This document shows, in pieces, positions 1 to 9,443 of a stretch of DNA of 51,037 nucleotides (the stretch's first letter is position 1; each line of letters begins with the position of its first letter). The notes beneath the pieces are model-generated. The model was given only the letters and a program-made list of their open reading frames with translations, had not been told where the DNA came from and ran no database searches. Source of the DNA: a virus. Taxonomy: Duplodnaviria; Caudoviricetes. Location: positions 1 through 51,037 of IMG/VR virus record IMGVR_UViG_3300036851_000137, one strand, 5' to 3'. The position numbers and the translations under genes are program-made.

Positions 1-150
1 CGAGGTCTCGTCCTTGATCTCGATCATCGCCGACTGACTCTTGCCGGTGAAGCGCATCATGTAGGTTTCGTGAAGCACCTCGACCGAGAGGCGCTTACTC
101 CACAACTTGACCGCCATGGCGTGATTCACGCCGTATGTGGTTACTGCCAC
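1..150 (-). CDS. Major capsid protein, N4-gp56/DUF4043 type (5' end; runs off the window)
   Basis: Not in the ORF track. GTG start at 150 with GGAG RBS; reads MAVTTYGVNHAMAVKLWSKRLSVEVLHETYMMRFTGKSQSAMIEIKDETS, the typical N-terminus of this family; lies downstream of the scaffold gene. Confidence 0.8.
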   Translation of the reverse strand, partial: MAVTTYGVNHAMAVKLWSKRLSVEVLHETYMMRFTGKSQSAMIEIKDETS

Positions 151-339
151 GATCTGTCTCCTGCATTTAAGGGGAATGCGCGCAAATGCACGCGGTGGTT
201 TCGACTTCGCCCCATAACGCTGAGGCCCAGCGAAACCGCCCGATAACGCAGGACGGATAGCGTAGCCCGAATAACGGCTCGGGAGACCGGAAGCAGCAAT
301 TTAATAGACCGGCTTGCCGCTATGCCGGAACGCAGAAGA

Positions 340-1332
340 TTAAGCCCCCATAAGGTTCCGCATCTCCGTTGGATTCTTCGCCCACTTTTCGGCGAATTCA
401 TCGTCACTCAACTCAAGCAACCGCGCCGCAGTCAGCGGCGCAGGCACAGATCCCGGCATCGAACCGACCGTGCGCGCCTGCTGCTGGCCTGCCGCAATCG
501 TGCGAAGCTGCGCCTCACCCCCCGGTGGCGTGGTGCCATTGGCCGCCCCGTTACCGCTCTCTGCCGCAGGCGGCACATACCCCCTGAGTTTCGCCAACTG
601 GTACACCACCTCCGCCGGGTTCCGCCCCTGCTGTATGGCACGCGCCGCCAACCCGGTCGCCTCGTTCGCCATCATCGTCTGAATCTCGGCCGGATCGGTC
701 CACCCCGCTGCCATCAATTCCTGCCGGCGCATCTCGAACAGATGAGACGATGCCTTGTCGTAATCCGGGTTTGCGGTCGCAAATTCCCGCTCCATTGCCG
801 CCGCGCGCACCGTCAGTTGCTGGACACCCTGCGACGCCTCACTCTGCCGCGCTTGTCCAGTAACAGCCTGAACCAGCTCGCCGAGGATAGCCCCCTGCTG
901 CCGGACCTGCCCGAGAATGTGCCCCGCAGGGTCTTCCTCAAACGAGGGGATCGCTGGCGCTTGAGGCGCTGGCTGCGTTGGTACTGCTGGCGGGGCCGTG
1001 AACCGTTGCAGTATGAGGTTCGTCCGTTCCTCAAGCAGCCGCTCCTTGCGCTCCGCCTCAGCCGCGCGCGCTTCCGCCGACTTCAGTTTCTCCCGCGCCT
1101 CGTGCAATGCGGCATGCGGCACCATCCCTTGGCGCGCGGCCGGCTGCCCATCGGTTGCCGGCTCGGTCTCGCCGCCATCAGCTGGGAGCGTACCTTCGTT
1201 CGGCAGTGACGGCACATCCTCCGCCGCTGCTGTGCCCTCAGCCGCGCGGTCGGCATCCATCGCCGCTTGCTCGTCTGCCGTTAACGTCTCCGGCTCGATC
1301 CCTTCCTGGATCGCCGCAGATGACCTAGCCAT
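340..1332 (-). CDS. Capsid scaffolding protein (putative)
   Basis: Acidic N-terminus, VPHAALHEAR motif then coiled coil; sits between portal and capsid; GAGGAGG RBS. Confidence 0.7.
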   Translation of the reverse strand: MARSSAAIQEGIEPETLTADEQAAMDADRAAEGTAAAEDVPSLPNEGTLPADGGETEPATDGQPAARQGMVPHAALHEAREKLKSAEARAAEAERKERLLEERTNLILQRFTAPPAVPTQPAPQAPAIPSFEEDPAGHILGQVRQQGAILGELVQAVTGQARQSEASQGVQQLTVRAAAMEREFATANPDYDKASSHLFEMRRQELMAAGWTDPAEIQTMMANEATGLAARAIQQGRNPAEVVYQLAKLRGYVPPAAESGNGAANGTTPPGGEAQLRTIAAGQQQARTVGSMPGSVPAPLTAARLLELSDDEFAEKWAKNPTEMRNLMGA

Positions 1333-1373
1333 AAATCCTCCTCATTGCGCTTCGCTCTCTCTGCGCTTGCGGA

Positions 1374-1642
1374 TCATAACCACCGGAAAAGCCGATCCAG
1401 AGCATCTTCAAGCGATATATTGACGTGACGATAGAACTTGTAGCTTTTTGCCGGCGTCCGCATCAATTCCAGCTTATAATCAGCTGTCTTAATTGTTGCT
1501 TTTGCTGAAATATCGTTAATATTGCCCGACATTAATGGTATCTGTTCCTTAACGATCAATTGCAAATGCCACAAGCCTTCCGCAACGTTGTGCCACTCTC
1601 CGTCGTGAGGGCCGCCTACAATAAGTATATTTCCTGACTCAT
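1374..1642 (-). pseudogene. Small AT-rich moron gene, apparently frameshifted near its 5' end
   Basis: ATG at 1642 (MSQEIYLL*) stops early; the neighbouring frame reads ILIVGGPHDGEWHNVAEGLWHLQ... into track ORF 1374..1574. GGPxDG is a common small phage-protein motif. Confidence 0.45.
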
Positions 1643-1689
1643 TACACCGCCGCCCCCTGCGCCTGTGACCTAGCCATCACTTATCCCCG

Positions 1690-2004
1690 TTATTCAATTC
1701 CGCCGCCAATATCGTCGAGAAGCGCAGCGCCGTCGGCGCGCAGCTTGCGGATATAGGCGCGGACATCAGCCATCAGTGCCGGATTTGCCCTGATCTGCCG
1801 GGCCTGTTCCAGCACATAGATAGCTTGCTGCGCGGCGCATTCGCGGGTGTGCTTCGCCATTTCCTCATTCGTCATAGCCCGAGGCTGACCAGCCGCGCCG
1901 CTCGCGTGTATGCCGTACGGGGTTAGCGGCAGCGGACATGCGTATTGCTGTGCCGCCCACCCAGAATCGCATGCCTGCTCGGTTTCAAAATAGTCACTAG
2001 CCAT
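1690..2004 (-). CDS. Hypothetical protein
   Basis: ORF with GGAGG RBS before the ATG at 2004; same strand as the operon. Confidence 0.6.
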   Translation of the reverse strand: MASDYFETEQACDSGWAAQQYACPLPLTPYGIHASGAAGQPRAMTNEEMAKHTRECAAQQAIYVLEQARQIRANPALMADVRAYIRKLRADGAALLDDIGGGIE

Positions 2005-2020
2005 TTTCACCCTCCATGAA

Positions 2021-4150
2021 TTATTGAACCGCCATCCCTTGCGCTTGCGCCGTCTGCGCCTCGTGCCAACTCGCGAGCGTGTCTAACACGTCGATAATCG
2101 CCAGATACCGCTCGGTCTGCTGCCCGGCCTCGGCCGCTTCGGCCTTAGCAATGTTCAGCATCGCCGCCGAGCGCATCTGCTCGATCTTCGCCCGCGTCTC
2201 CTCGCCCGACATCGCCAACTTCGTCGCCTGCAACTGCGTCTCAGCATTCTCCGCCCGCGCTGTATGACTACCCAACACCGTATCCGCCTCAGCCTTTGCG
2301 GCCTGCGCATGCGCAAGATGCGCTTTCGCCTCGTTCAGCGGCACCAAACTCTGCGCTACCGCCATCTCTGGTGTCGGTTGCGGCGGCTTCAGCTGCGCCT
2401 GTTCGATGATCGCCCCAATCTTCGCCGTCACGCTCGCCGGCAACGGCGAGTATTTCAACAGCTCAAGGTAAACTTCCGGCGGAACCGGCATCTTGCCAAG
2501 CAATGGCATCATCTGAATCAGCGTTTCCCACGCCCGTTCCTTGATGTTCGGGCTGGTCGGCGTGTCGTCAACGATCACGTCGTACTCAGCAACGCCTTCC
2601 TGATGGACCAATGGCACATATTTTGCCCGATCCGCGCCACCAATGCGTATCAGCCGCCCATCAGACAAGAAATTCGTCATGTACCAGAGCATAAGCCGGC
2701 CCTGATCCTTGCGGTATCGACGCAAAGCATCGAAAAATCCCGCCAAAACGGTCATTCCAGCCTGTTTTCGCGCATGCTCAACGATGCCAGGCTGATCCCG
2801 CTCGACAAGCCCTAAAAGCTCCAAATTGATGCCCGTCCCGTCGCGGATCGTCGATAACGCCAGCGTCATCATCTCGCTAAGGGCTGGCGGCATCGGTGTT
2901 TGAGGCCGAGGCATGATCTTGCTGCCCGAAATTGCCCCCGGCGACACGTAAACGATCGCCTGCGGGTCGGCCCAATCATCCTCAGCCTTCCGAACATCAT
3001 CAAAAGCCGTCGTCTCGGCCATAATGCCGCCCTTGGCGCCCGTGTTCATGATGTGCATCATCTGCGAGAGCCACTTGTTGGCCCATCGCTGCGGATCGAC
3101 CATGCACCGCACGATCCCAAACCAGAAACCCTTGTTGCGATCCCGTTCCCCGGTCATCGCCTTCCAGGTAAACCCGCCCTCATCCGGCCCACGCCACACT
3201 TCCAGTACCTTCGACCCGAGCATCGCCCGCCAATAGCAGCGCTTCTTCTGACAAACTGCGAACGGCTCCGGTATCCCCATCATCTCGAAGCGTTCAAGCA
3301 GCTTGCGCCACTCTGCCTCGGAAAATGTCGCCTGTACCCCGGTAAACGGGTCAACCGCGCGGTAGGTAACCTGCCGCTCCCACCATTGTACCTCGACCAT
3401 GCGAACGGTCGTGTTCTCATGACCTAAATCCGGCTGCCCGTCCGCACGATAGAACCGCGCCTCATCCTGGTTCTCGGGCTTCTTCCCGCTGAGCGAGTCC
3501 TTCGCCCATCCGGCATTCAACTCGTCGCGCGTCGCGTCCGGGTACATCTCCTCCGCGTCGTAGCACGGCACGTCGCGTACCCGCCAAAGCCGGCGCGCAT
3601 CGCTCAAATTCTTCTTCGTCGCGTTCGCATCCCAGAACATCTCAAGCGGATCAATCCGCATGATCGTCAGCTTTCCATCCGGGTTCTCATCGTATGTCAA
3701 GGCTGAATCGCACCAACCCATGCCGGTCACTACAAGATCAAAGAACGCGTCCGACTCCTCATCCTCGGCGTCGCTCTCGTCCCTGATCCACCGTGCCGCC
3801 TCGGTCAGCAGCTCGTTGACCTCCACGTCCCCTTGCTCGCGCGGGATATACCTCACTTCCTGCCGATTACCGACCTCCAGGCCACAGACAATCTTGACCA
3901 TCGGCCCGATCCGGCTGAACGTCGCGTGCGGGCGGTTCTGCTCATCGAGATACGCCTTGTCCTCATCCGACCACTGCCGCCCAGCCACGAAGTCGTAGAC
4001 CTCAATCGTTTCGACCTCCCAATCGTGCCGGTGATCACGGTCGGTACGGAACCACGACTTGAAACGCTCAAGCAAGTCTTCTTCGTCGGCGGCTTCGTAT
4101 GTTGCTGGCTGCTGATACCCGGCGCTGCCGCCGTCAGCCATCGGTGGCAC
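2021..4150 (-). CDS. Portal protein, P22-like
   Basis: 709 aa; YDFVAGRQW, RIGPMVKIVCGLE, FFDLVVTGMGW, YDVIVDDTPTSP motifs and a C-terminal coiled-coil barrel. The true start may be the ATG at 4141. Confidence 0.92.
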   Translation of the reverse strand: MPPMADGGSAGYQQPATYEAADEEDLLERFKSWFRTDRDHRHDWEVETIEVYDFVAGRQWSDEDKAYLDEQNRPHATFSRIGPMVKIVCGLEVGNRQEVRYIPREQGDVEVNELLTEAARWIRDESDAEDEESDAFFDLVVTGMGWCDSALTYDENPDGKLTIMRIDPLEMFWDANATKKNLSDARRLWRVRDVPCYDAEEMYPDATRDELNAGWAKDSLSGKKPENQDEARFYRADGQPDLGHENTTVRMVEVQWWERQVTYRAVDPFTGVQATFSEAEWRKLLERFEMMGIPEPFAVCQKKRCYWRAMLGSKVLEVWRGPDEGGFTWKAMTGERDRNKGFWFGIVRCMVDPQRWANKWLSQMMHIMNTGAKGGIMAETTAFDDVRKAEDDWADPQAIVYVSPGAISGSKIMPRPQTPMPPALSEMMTLALSTIRDGTGINLELLGLVERDQPGIVEHARKQAGMTVLAGFFDALRRYRKDQGRLMLWYMTNFLSDGRLIRIGGADRAKYVPLVHQEGVAEYDVIVDDTPTSPNIKERAWETLIQMMPLLGKMPVPPEVYLELLKYSPLPASVTAKIGAIIEQAQLKPPQPTPEMAVAQSLVPLNEAKAHLAHAQAAKAEADTVLGSHTARAENAETQLQATKLAMSGEETRAKIEQMRSAAMLNIAKAEAAEAGQQTERYLAIIDVLDTLASWHEAQTAQAQGMAVQ

Positions 4151-4367
4151 TCACCAATTTCCGCGTAGCGAATGCGACCGCTGGAGAGAGTTGGTTGACG
4201 CGAACATCGCGCGGCAGGCGCACCCTCTCAATATCACCGTGACAATGCGCCACAAAGGTCAACTCATCCTCCGCTTCGTTTCTATAAGCAACCAACTCAT
4301 CAACCGGACGGTCACAGATTGCGCAACGCGGACGAAGGGCATTTAAAATCGCCAGATGGTCAGCCAT
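4134..4367 (-). CDS. Hypothetical protein (CxxC ... HCHG, possibly Zn-binding)
   Basis: Coupled to its neighbours through ATGGCTGA overlaps. Confidence 0.6.
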   Translation of the reverse strand: MADHLAILNALRPRCAICDRPVDELVAYRNEAEDELTFVAHCHGDIERVRLPRDVRVNQLSPAVAFATRKLVSATDG

Positions 4368-4584
4368 CGGCGCCATCACGTATCAAAAATTCGCGAAACG
4401 AGCGTTCTAAATCAGCTTCCGCCTTGTCGAAATCGCTATCAAATCGCTTATCCGCAATCATCCCGTCTTGCAGGTTCTCGTAAAGCGCCGACACACAAAG
4501 GAGAACGTCGCCGTCAGCCATCGGACCACCAGCACTGCGTTGCCTGCCCTGGACGCGACCGCCAATGTGTCGGCCGCTCATCAT
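4360..4584 (-). CDS. Hypothetical protein (start may be the ATG at 4521)
   Basis: ORF track; overlap coupling at both ends. Confidence 0.5.
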   Translation of the reverse strand: MMSGRHIGGRVQGRQRSAGGPMADGDVLLCVSALYENLQDGMIADKRFDSDFDKAEADLERSFREFLIRDGADG

Positions 4585-4587
4585 CCC

Positions 4588-4761
4588 CTAAATATCTACC
4601 CGCTGCGATTTCCACCCACTGACCATGAGATCTTCAACCCAGCAGCAAGCAGACGCCAAGCGACTAGTGCCTAGCCGCTCGTCAATCACGAAAAGATCGA
4701 TCACCGTCCCATCGGCTGGCGCTGCCTCGATTGGCCACCGACGCTGCACCACGTCAGCCAT
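4588..4761 (-). CDS. Small DUF551-like protein
   Basis: Translated by hand: MADVVQRRWPIEAAPADGTVIDLFV..., matching WxPIExAPxDGT. Confidence 0.55.
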   Translation of the reverse strand: MADVVQRRWPIEAAPADGTVIDLFVIDERLGTSRLASACCWVEDLMVSGWKSQRVDI

Positions 4762-4927
4762 TCGGCAGCCTCAAGTCCGGGCCGCGCCACCCTTCGTTGT
4801 AGAGACGTTTCCATGCCTCCCAATAATCGATGCCGCGATCGCGATACATTTCTACAATTATGTCGCGATACTGCGCACGACCAACAGGGAGATAGAAATC
4901 ACCAGCCGGCAGAACGAACTCAGCCAT
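4754..4927 (-). CDS. Hypothetical protein (57 aa)
   Basis: Translated by hand: MAEFVLPAGDFYLPVGRAQYRD...PNG*; overlap-coupled on both sides. Confidence 0.5.
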   Translation of the reverse strand: MAEFVLPAGDFYLPVGRAQYRDIIVEMYRDRGIDYWEAWKRLYNEGWRGPDLRLPNG

Positions 4928-5273
4928 CTTTCATCCCATACCGCGCCCAGCGCCCGCGCAACCCCGTCCCCTGAAGCTGCCGCTCCGGCGTCAGGATCAG
5001 CCCGCTACCGTTCCCGAAATGCGCCTTCCGCGCCGCTTTGAACTGCTCGGCAATCTCGTCGATCTCCTCGATCAAATGCCCATGCTCAAACGGGATCGGC
5101 AGATCAAACCGACTCATCGTGATCGGGCCATCGTCGATCGTCGCCACCAGTCCGACCGCGATATGATGCAGCCCCTTACCGAACTTGATGTCACAAATCT
5201 TAACGCCCAGCTCAAGATCGAGCCGTTTCATGATCGCATTTCTGATTGTCGGGGTATCTTCGTCAGTCAGCAT
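4920..5273 (-). CDS. Hypothetical protein
   Basis: ATG at 5273 immediately follows the terL stop (MLTDEDTPTIRNAIMKRL...). Confidence 0.65.
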   Translation of the reverse strand: MLTDEDTPTIRNAIMKRLDLELGVKICDIKFGKGLHHIAVGLVATIDDGPITMSRFDLPIPFEHGHLIEEIDEIAEQFKAARKAHFGNGSGLILTPERQLQGTGLRGRWARYGMKDG

Positions 5274-5274
5274 G

Positions 5275-7548
5275 CTACGCCGCCCACTGCGACCGCCCTC
5301 GGCGCGGCGGATGCGCCCGCGTATACCGATCCCCCGCCTGCACCGCAGCGCGGGGCCACACCGTCTCAATATCGAATATCCGCGACAGCATATCGAGCAT
5401 GTCATCGTGCGCCGGCACCGGGAACGCCCGATACTCATCGTTCAGGAACGACTGCACCAGATCATACCACTTCCCCTCATAGTCCACCTTACCGCACGTT
5501 TCCGGCAAGTACATCCGCCCCTGCTCGAACGTCGGCACCAGCCGCTTGATCCGATCCGGCTTCGGCATCTGCCCGCCAACCTTCGTGATCTCGAAATGGT
5601 AGTTTTCGCGCCGCATCCGATCCCGGAAATATTCGATATCCGCCATCAAACCATACGACTCGTACCCAACCCCCATCGGCTTCCACCGACGATGCAGAGC
5701 GAACAACGCATCGCCTCGTTCGGTCAGGTTCAACCGATCCCGCACTAGATCAAGAATGTAATAATTGTTGTCTGACCCCAACCCCACAACCCCAAGCGCC
5801 GTATAATCGCTATTCTTCTTTTTCTCGCTCGCCGCATCGCCGAGAATGTACTTGTTCATCGCCGAGCCATCGCCCGGCTCTTGATGATACCGCAGCCAGT
5901 CTTCCTTGAAACCCTGCGCGTGGCCGGCGGTCGGATTTAGGAGCATTTGGCTGTTCTTCGATAGCAGTCCATACGCGATATAATTCCCCGTTCCCGTTTC
6001 TATCCCAAAAACCGGGACGGTTGACTTCGCTTCCGCCGCCACCACCCTCACATGCCTTGACCGACGACCACGCAGCACGACGCGCTCCATGATCCGCCGT
6101 GCCTTTACCGGGCGACAAAAGCGCACGAAATCTATTTTCGCTTGGCGGCCGTCGTTGAGGTAGTAAGTTCTCCCCGCCTTATGGTTGCGACCAGCATAAA
6201 CCCCAGCCGCTCGTTCGTGTGTCCCATAAGGTAAATTGAGAACATCAAAGGCGTTTTCTATCGCTTCGCATATCTCGGGGTTATGCTCAGGGGATTGCGA
6301 GATACAAAGCGCCCCACCTGATGTCGTGCCTTCGCCATCGTATATTCCGCCCAACCATGCAGCAGAGCGCTCATCAGGGCACGGACGCGGTTCATACAGG
6401 CGATTTACGATTTTACGCCCGTGGTAATTACTCAACCCAAGTGCAGAATACAGCGACCGGCCATCCTCTTTCCGCCCGGTAAACCATTTGTGATCGACGG
6501 TGCATTCTATCTTGAAGCCGTCCGCCAGTTCGTATGCGACAATCTGCTTTTCCCCGATACAACCTGCCGCCTTCACCTCAGTAGCAATATATTTCCCGCG
6601 AGCCGGATAGTCGCAAATAGTAAACCCCACCACCCGATCACCCGCCTCAATTTTACCAATTGGCTTTTCACTGCCATCAGCCATCAGAATTGGCGCGTCA
6701 GCCGGCAAACATCCAAACGTATACGGCCCCATCATCCTGCGTTTCTCCGCGAGTGATTCCCGCGTCAAAAATACAGGTTCGCCGTCTTCAGTGCCATCAA
6801 TCGTTGCCGCATGCCGTCGCTCAATCGCAGCGCCTCGCTCGATAATTGTTTTGTACAAGTCCGCGTGGTGCCATCTCGTGCCCGTATAGCCGCGCTCGCC
6901 GCCCTCCGCCAACAACGCCAGCGAAGTCTCCCATGACCGTACCACCTTCGCTATCATCTCGGGTGTCGTGACACTCTCGGCAGTCACCGCGTCGTCGTAC
7001 TTGATCTTGCGAAAATGCTTCGATGTAGGCTGGGCATCGACCAATCCCCACGCCTCGATAGTGGACTCTTTCGGATTGCCTCTACGATTAACTATGATGC
7101 CATCATCCTCTGACCATTTCGGCGCATCGCGCTGCGGATTCTCCCATATGGTCTCGGGGAATAGTACGCGCAGCTTCGCGTTAGCTTCAAATTCACGTTT
7201 GATTTGGCGTAAGAACTGTTTGGCAATCGGTCGAGTGACCGACATTATGCAAAGCGTATCCTCGGGATCGCGCAGAATTTCTTGAATTGTATGGCCGAAG
7301 GTCGCGATGGTCGATTTGTAGTGGTCACGCGCCCATAGGTCCACATACCCATATGGGTCTTTTTCAAATTCTCGGCACCGCGCAAACAACCAATCGTGAT
7401 TAACATCAACCCGCCCGAGCGCCACCGTCAGCAGGTAGAACAAATCTCTGCGACACAGCGTCCGTTCGGCTTCCCACTCCAACCCCTCGCGCGCCGCTGA
7501 CCCGAGATAGAGTTTGTACCACGCGATTGCGTGCTCACGCGGCGTCAA
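5275..7548 (-). CDS. terL: Terminase large subunit containing an intein
   Basis: Variant Walker A (LWARDHYKST), Walker B (KIKYDD), GTRWH coupling motif, RNase H-like nuclease (ILGDAA...SDYTA...HDDMLD). Confidence 0.93.
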   Translation of the reverse strand: MTPREHAIAWYKLYLGSAAREGLEWEAERTLCRRDLFYLLTVALGRVDVNHDWLFARCREFEKDPYGYVDLWARDHYKSTIATFGHTIQEILRDPEDTLCIMSVTRPIAKQFLRQIKREFEANAKLRVLFPETIWENPQRDAPKWSEDDGIIVNRRGNPKESTIEAWGLVDAQPTSKHFRKIKYDDAVTAESVTTPEMIAKVVRSWETSLALLAEGGERGYTGTRWHHADLYKTIIERGAAIERRHAATIDGTEDGEPVFLTRESLAEKRRMMGPYTFGCLPADAPILMADGSEKPIGKIEAGDRVVGFTICDYPARGKYIATEVKAAGCIGEKQIVAYELADGFKIECTVDHKWFTGRKEDGRSLYSALGLSNYHGRKIVNRLYEPRPCPDERSAAWLGGIYDGEGTTSGGALCISQSPEHNPEICEAIENAFDVLNLPYGTHERAAGVYAGRNHKAGRTYYLNDGRQAKIDFVRFCRPVKARRIMERVVLRGRRSRHVRVVAAEAKSTVPVFGIETGTGNYIAYGLLSKNSQMLLNPTAGHAQGFKEDWLRYHQEPGDGSAMNKYILGDAASEKKKNSDYTALGVVGLGSDNNYYILDLVRDRLNLTERGDALFALHRRWKPMGVGYESYGLMADIEYFRDRMRRENYHFEITKVGGQMPKPDRIKRLVPTFEQGRMYLPETCGKVDYEGKWYDLVQSFLNDEYRAFPVPAHDDMLDMLSRIFDIETVWPRAAVQAGDRYTRAHPPRRGRSQWAA
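5953..6711 (-). mobile_element. Intein (253 aa) with a LAGLIDADG endonuclease motif, within TerL
   Basis: Begins CLPADAPILMADGSEKPI; block B CTVDHKWF; WLGGIYDGEG; ends VFGIETGTGNYIAYGLLSKN followed by Ser+1. The exteins join as MGPYTFG|SQMLLNP. Confidence 0.9.
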
Positions 7549-7973
7549 CCTCGCGGCGCCTCCGCGCTCTGCTCCTGCTGCGCCTTCGCCGTCTCGATCT
7601 CGTCCATCAGCCGCCGCTCGCGCCAGCGCAGATCAACGTCAATCCCCAAATCCTGTGCTTGATCGCGAAGATCATTGAGCGCTGGCAGGGCGTCAACCTC
7701 GTGCCGTAACGCCTCACTCTCGGCTAATGCTCGCGCCGACGCCGTGCCACCGGCCGGCGACGCTACCGCTGCCTGAGGTGCTGGCAACGGCGGGATCTGC
7801 TTAACCGGAGGCGGCGTCAAGTAAGCATGAGCCTCCACCACGGCGAGGATGATTTCGTCAAAGCTCGCCCCGACCACGTTGCGACGCACCGCCGACGACC
7901 CGCCCCCGCCCTCGACCTCGGCAACCCACTTGCCGGGGCCAATCTGCTCGATTTCGACACGGGTTAGCGGCAT
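7545..7973 (-). CDS. Hypothetical protein with a C-terminal HeH-like motif
   Basis: LRDQAQDLGIDVDLRWRERRL; stop overlaps the terL start. Confidence 0.6.
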   Translation of the reverse strand: MPLTRVEIEQIGPGKWVAEVEGGGGSSAVRRNVVGASFDEIILAVVEAHAYLTPPPVKQIPPLPAPQAAVASPAGGTASARALAESEALRHEVDALPALNDLRDQAQDLGIDVDLRWRERRLMDEIETAKAQQEQSAEAPRG

Positions 7974-8164
7974 CAGGCATCTCCCCACCGCTCCGGGGCG
8001 CACATCGATTGCCCCTCAAGAAATGCGATCTCGCGTTTGTCACGCATCACCGCCTCGGTGTAGACGCGCCATGTGCTATATGTCACATCTTCAGGCAGGG
8101 GTACGTTGTGCAAACGCAGATATTCGTCCACCTGCTTCTGCGACACGGATGCCCAATAACTCAT
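7973..8164 (-). CDS. Hypothetical protein
   Basis: MSYWASVSQKQVDEYL...; fills the operon gap. Confidence 0.5.
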   Translation of the reverse strand: MSYWASVSQKQVDEYLRLHNVPLPEDVTYSTWRVYTEAVMRDKREIAFLEGQSMCAPERWGDA

Positions 8165-8168
8165 GGCT

Positions 8169-8345
8169 TTAGCGACCCCTCTTCTTGCTCGCCAGCATCC
8201 GCTTCGGCTTGATGATCCCGGTTCCCGCATCTGCACGGTTGAACTCCTGCGCCGTCTTTACCGGCACGCCAACCCGCTTCGCGAACTTTGGATCATGGGC
8301 AGCGGTAGCCATCATACGCGCCATCTTCGGGGATTTGGACGGCAT
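8169..8345 (-). CDS. Small basic conserved phage protein
   Basis: Not in track. MPSKSPKMARMMATAAHDPKFAKRVGVPVKTAQEFNRAD..., a family often found near packaging genes. Confidence 0.7.
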   Translation of the reverse strand: MPSKSPKMARMMATAAHDPKFAKRVGVPVKTAQEFNRADAGTGIIKPKRMLASKKRGR

Positions 8346-8400
8346 TGCTCACCCACCTATTCCATCGCAGCATTCCGTGTCCGCTTTTGTATTTCGTTTG

Positions 8401-8904
8401 TCAAGCGGAAACGCGCCGAGCCAGCACTCCAAGCGCGGCAATCAGCACACCCGACGCCTCGTTGACCGAGCCGCGCCGGAACTCCATCACCCACCGCCGC
8501 AGCGACCATTCTTCCCCCAGCACATGCCACGCGCAACTCGCCGCCGGTGCCCGTCCACCTCCGAGCGCATCAATTGCCGCCATCACCGCCTTGCGCGCCG
8601 CTTCGTTGCCGTTGACGTGCGCGATATTCGACCCACCGCCTGCCCCCATCAGCGACGCCGCCTGCAGCCCATCGAGTTGCGCCAGCCGGAACCGATCGTG
8701 AAATTCCTCTCCCGCCGAGCGCATCTCCAGCGTGATCGCCCCACGCCGTCGCATCCCCTCCAGCAGCGGCACCACCCGCCACGGTGTGGCGACCTGGCCC
8801 GCGTCGTCGATCAACTCGCGACCCTCGACGCGCTCAATCAGATCATGCCGATAGCGCGCCCGTGTCGGCGCAATCGCCAGCGGATCACCGCGCGCCGCCC
8901 TCAC
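8401..8904 (-). CDS. DUF6456-domain protein, putative late-transcription regulator (Q-like)
   Basis: PLLEGMRRRGAIT..AGEEF...ARKAVMAAIDALG...VLIAALGVLA pattern; located upstream of the late genes. Confidence 0.65.
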   Translation of the reverse strand: MRAARGDPLAIAPTRARYRHDLIERVEGRELIDDAGQVATPWRVVPLLEGMRRRGAITLEMRSAGEEFHDRFRLAQLDGLQAASLMGAGGGSNIAHVNGNEAARKAVMAAIDALGGGRAPAASCAWHVLGEEWSLRRWVMEFRRGSVNEASGVLIAALGVLARRVSA

Positions 8905-9443
8905 TTCGACACATCCTCCGGCTTCGGCAGCGCCTTGAACGCATCATCGATCAGCGCCTCCGCACGAGCCTGGCGCTCGGCCCGCTCCGCTGGCGTCAGC
9001 ACCGCAAGCTCGACAGGACCGCCGCCCGCGCCGACATGCTCGTTTACAAGTCTATCCCCGTATTTCTTCGGCAGCATCTTGGACATCAGCCATTTGCGGG
9101 TGTCTGCCCGAAGCCTTGAACGCTGTATATGCTCGTGATCGGGAAGTTCTATTCCCTCCCGCTCGTACCAATCATTTGCGCCGTCATCAGCGATTTCTAC
9201 AAGCTCGTCCGCGAATTTCTCTGCCTGCACTTCGCGCGCGCGTGCGTACTGTGCGGCGAAGTCGTTGCTATGTCGCACCCAATCAGTAATCGCGCTGGCT
9301 TCACAGTCCAGTTCTTTGGCGATCTGGCGCAACGTGAAGCCATCTGCGATTTTGGAGCAGATAAACTCAGCGGTGGCTGGGTTGCGAATACGGGCAGTAG
9401 CGGGGTTTGGTGGGCGGCTCATTGCGACGTTGGGCAATTTCAC
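8901..9443 (-). CDS. terS: Terminase small subunit (Sf6 gp1-like)
   Basis: HTH (ICSKIADGFTLRQIA), FAAQYARAREVQA, RLRADTRKWLMSKMLPKKYGD. Confidence 0.88.
   Translation of the reverse strand: MKLPNVAMSRPPNPATARIRNPATAEFICSKIADGFTLRQIAKELDCEASAITDWVRHSNDFAAQYARAREVQAEKFADELVEIADDGANDWYEREGIELPDHEHIQRSRLRADTRKWLMSKMLPKKYGDRLVNEHVGAGGGPVELAVLTPAERAERQARAEALIDDAFKALPKPEDVSK

Noticed and set aside
340-400. Self-targeting of the scaffold gene (WAKNP) by tract 3
   Set aside because: Only about 5 of 11 units match; the flanking codons disagree.
322-1209. Long plus-strand ORFs opposite structural genes (also 8185..9138, 35277..36482, 40733..41800)
   Set aside because: Arg-rich antisense shadow frames typical of GC-rich DNA, lying over genes with clear motifs.
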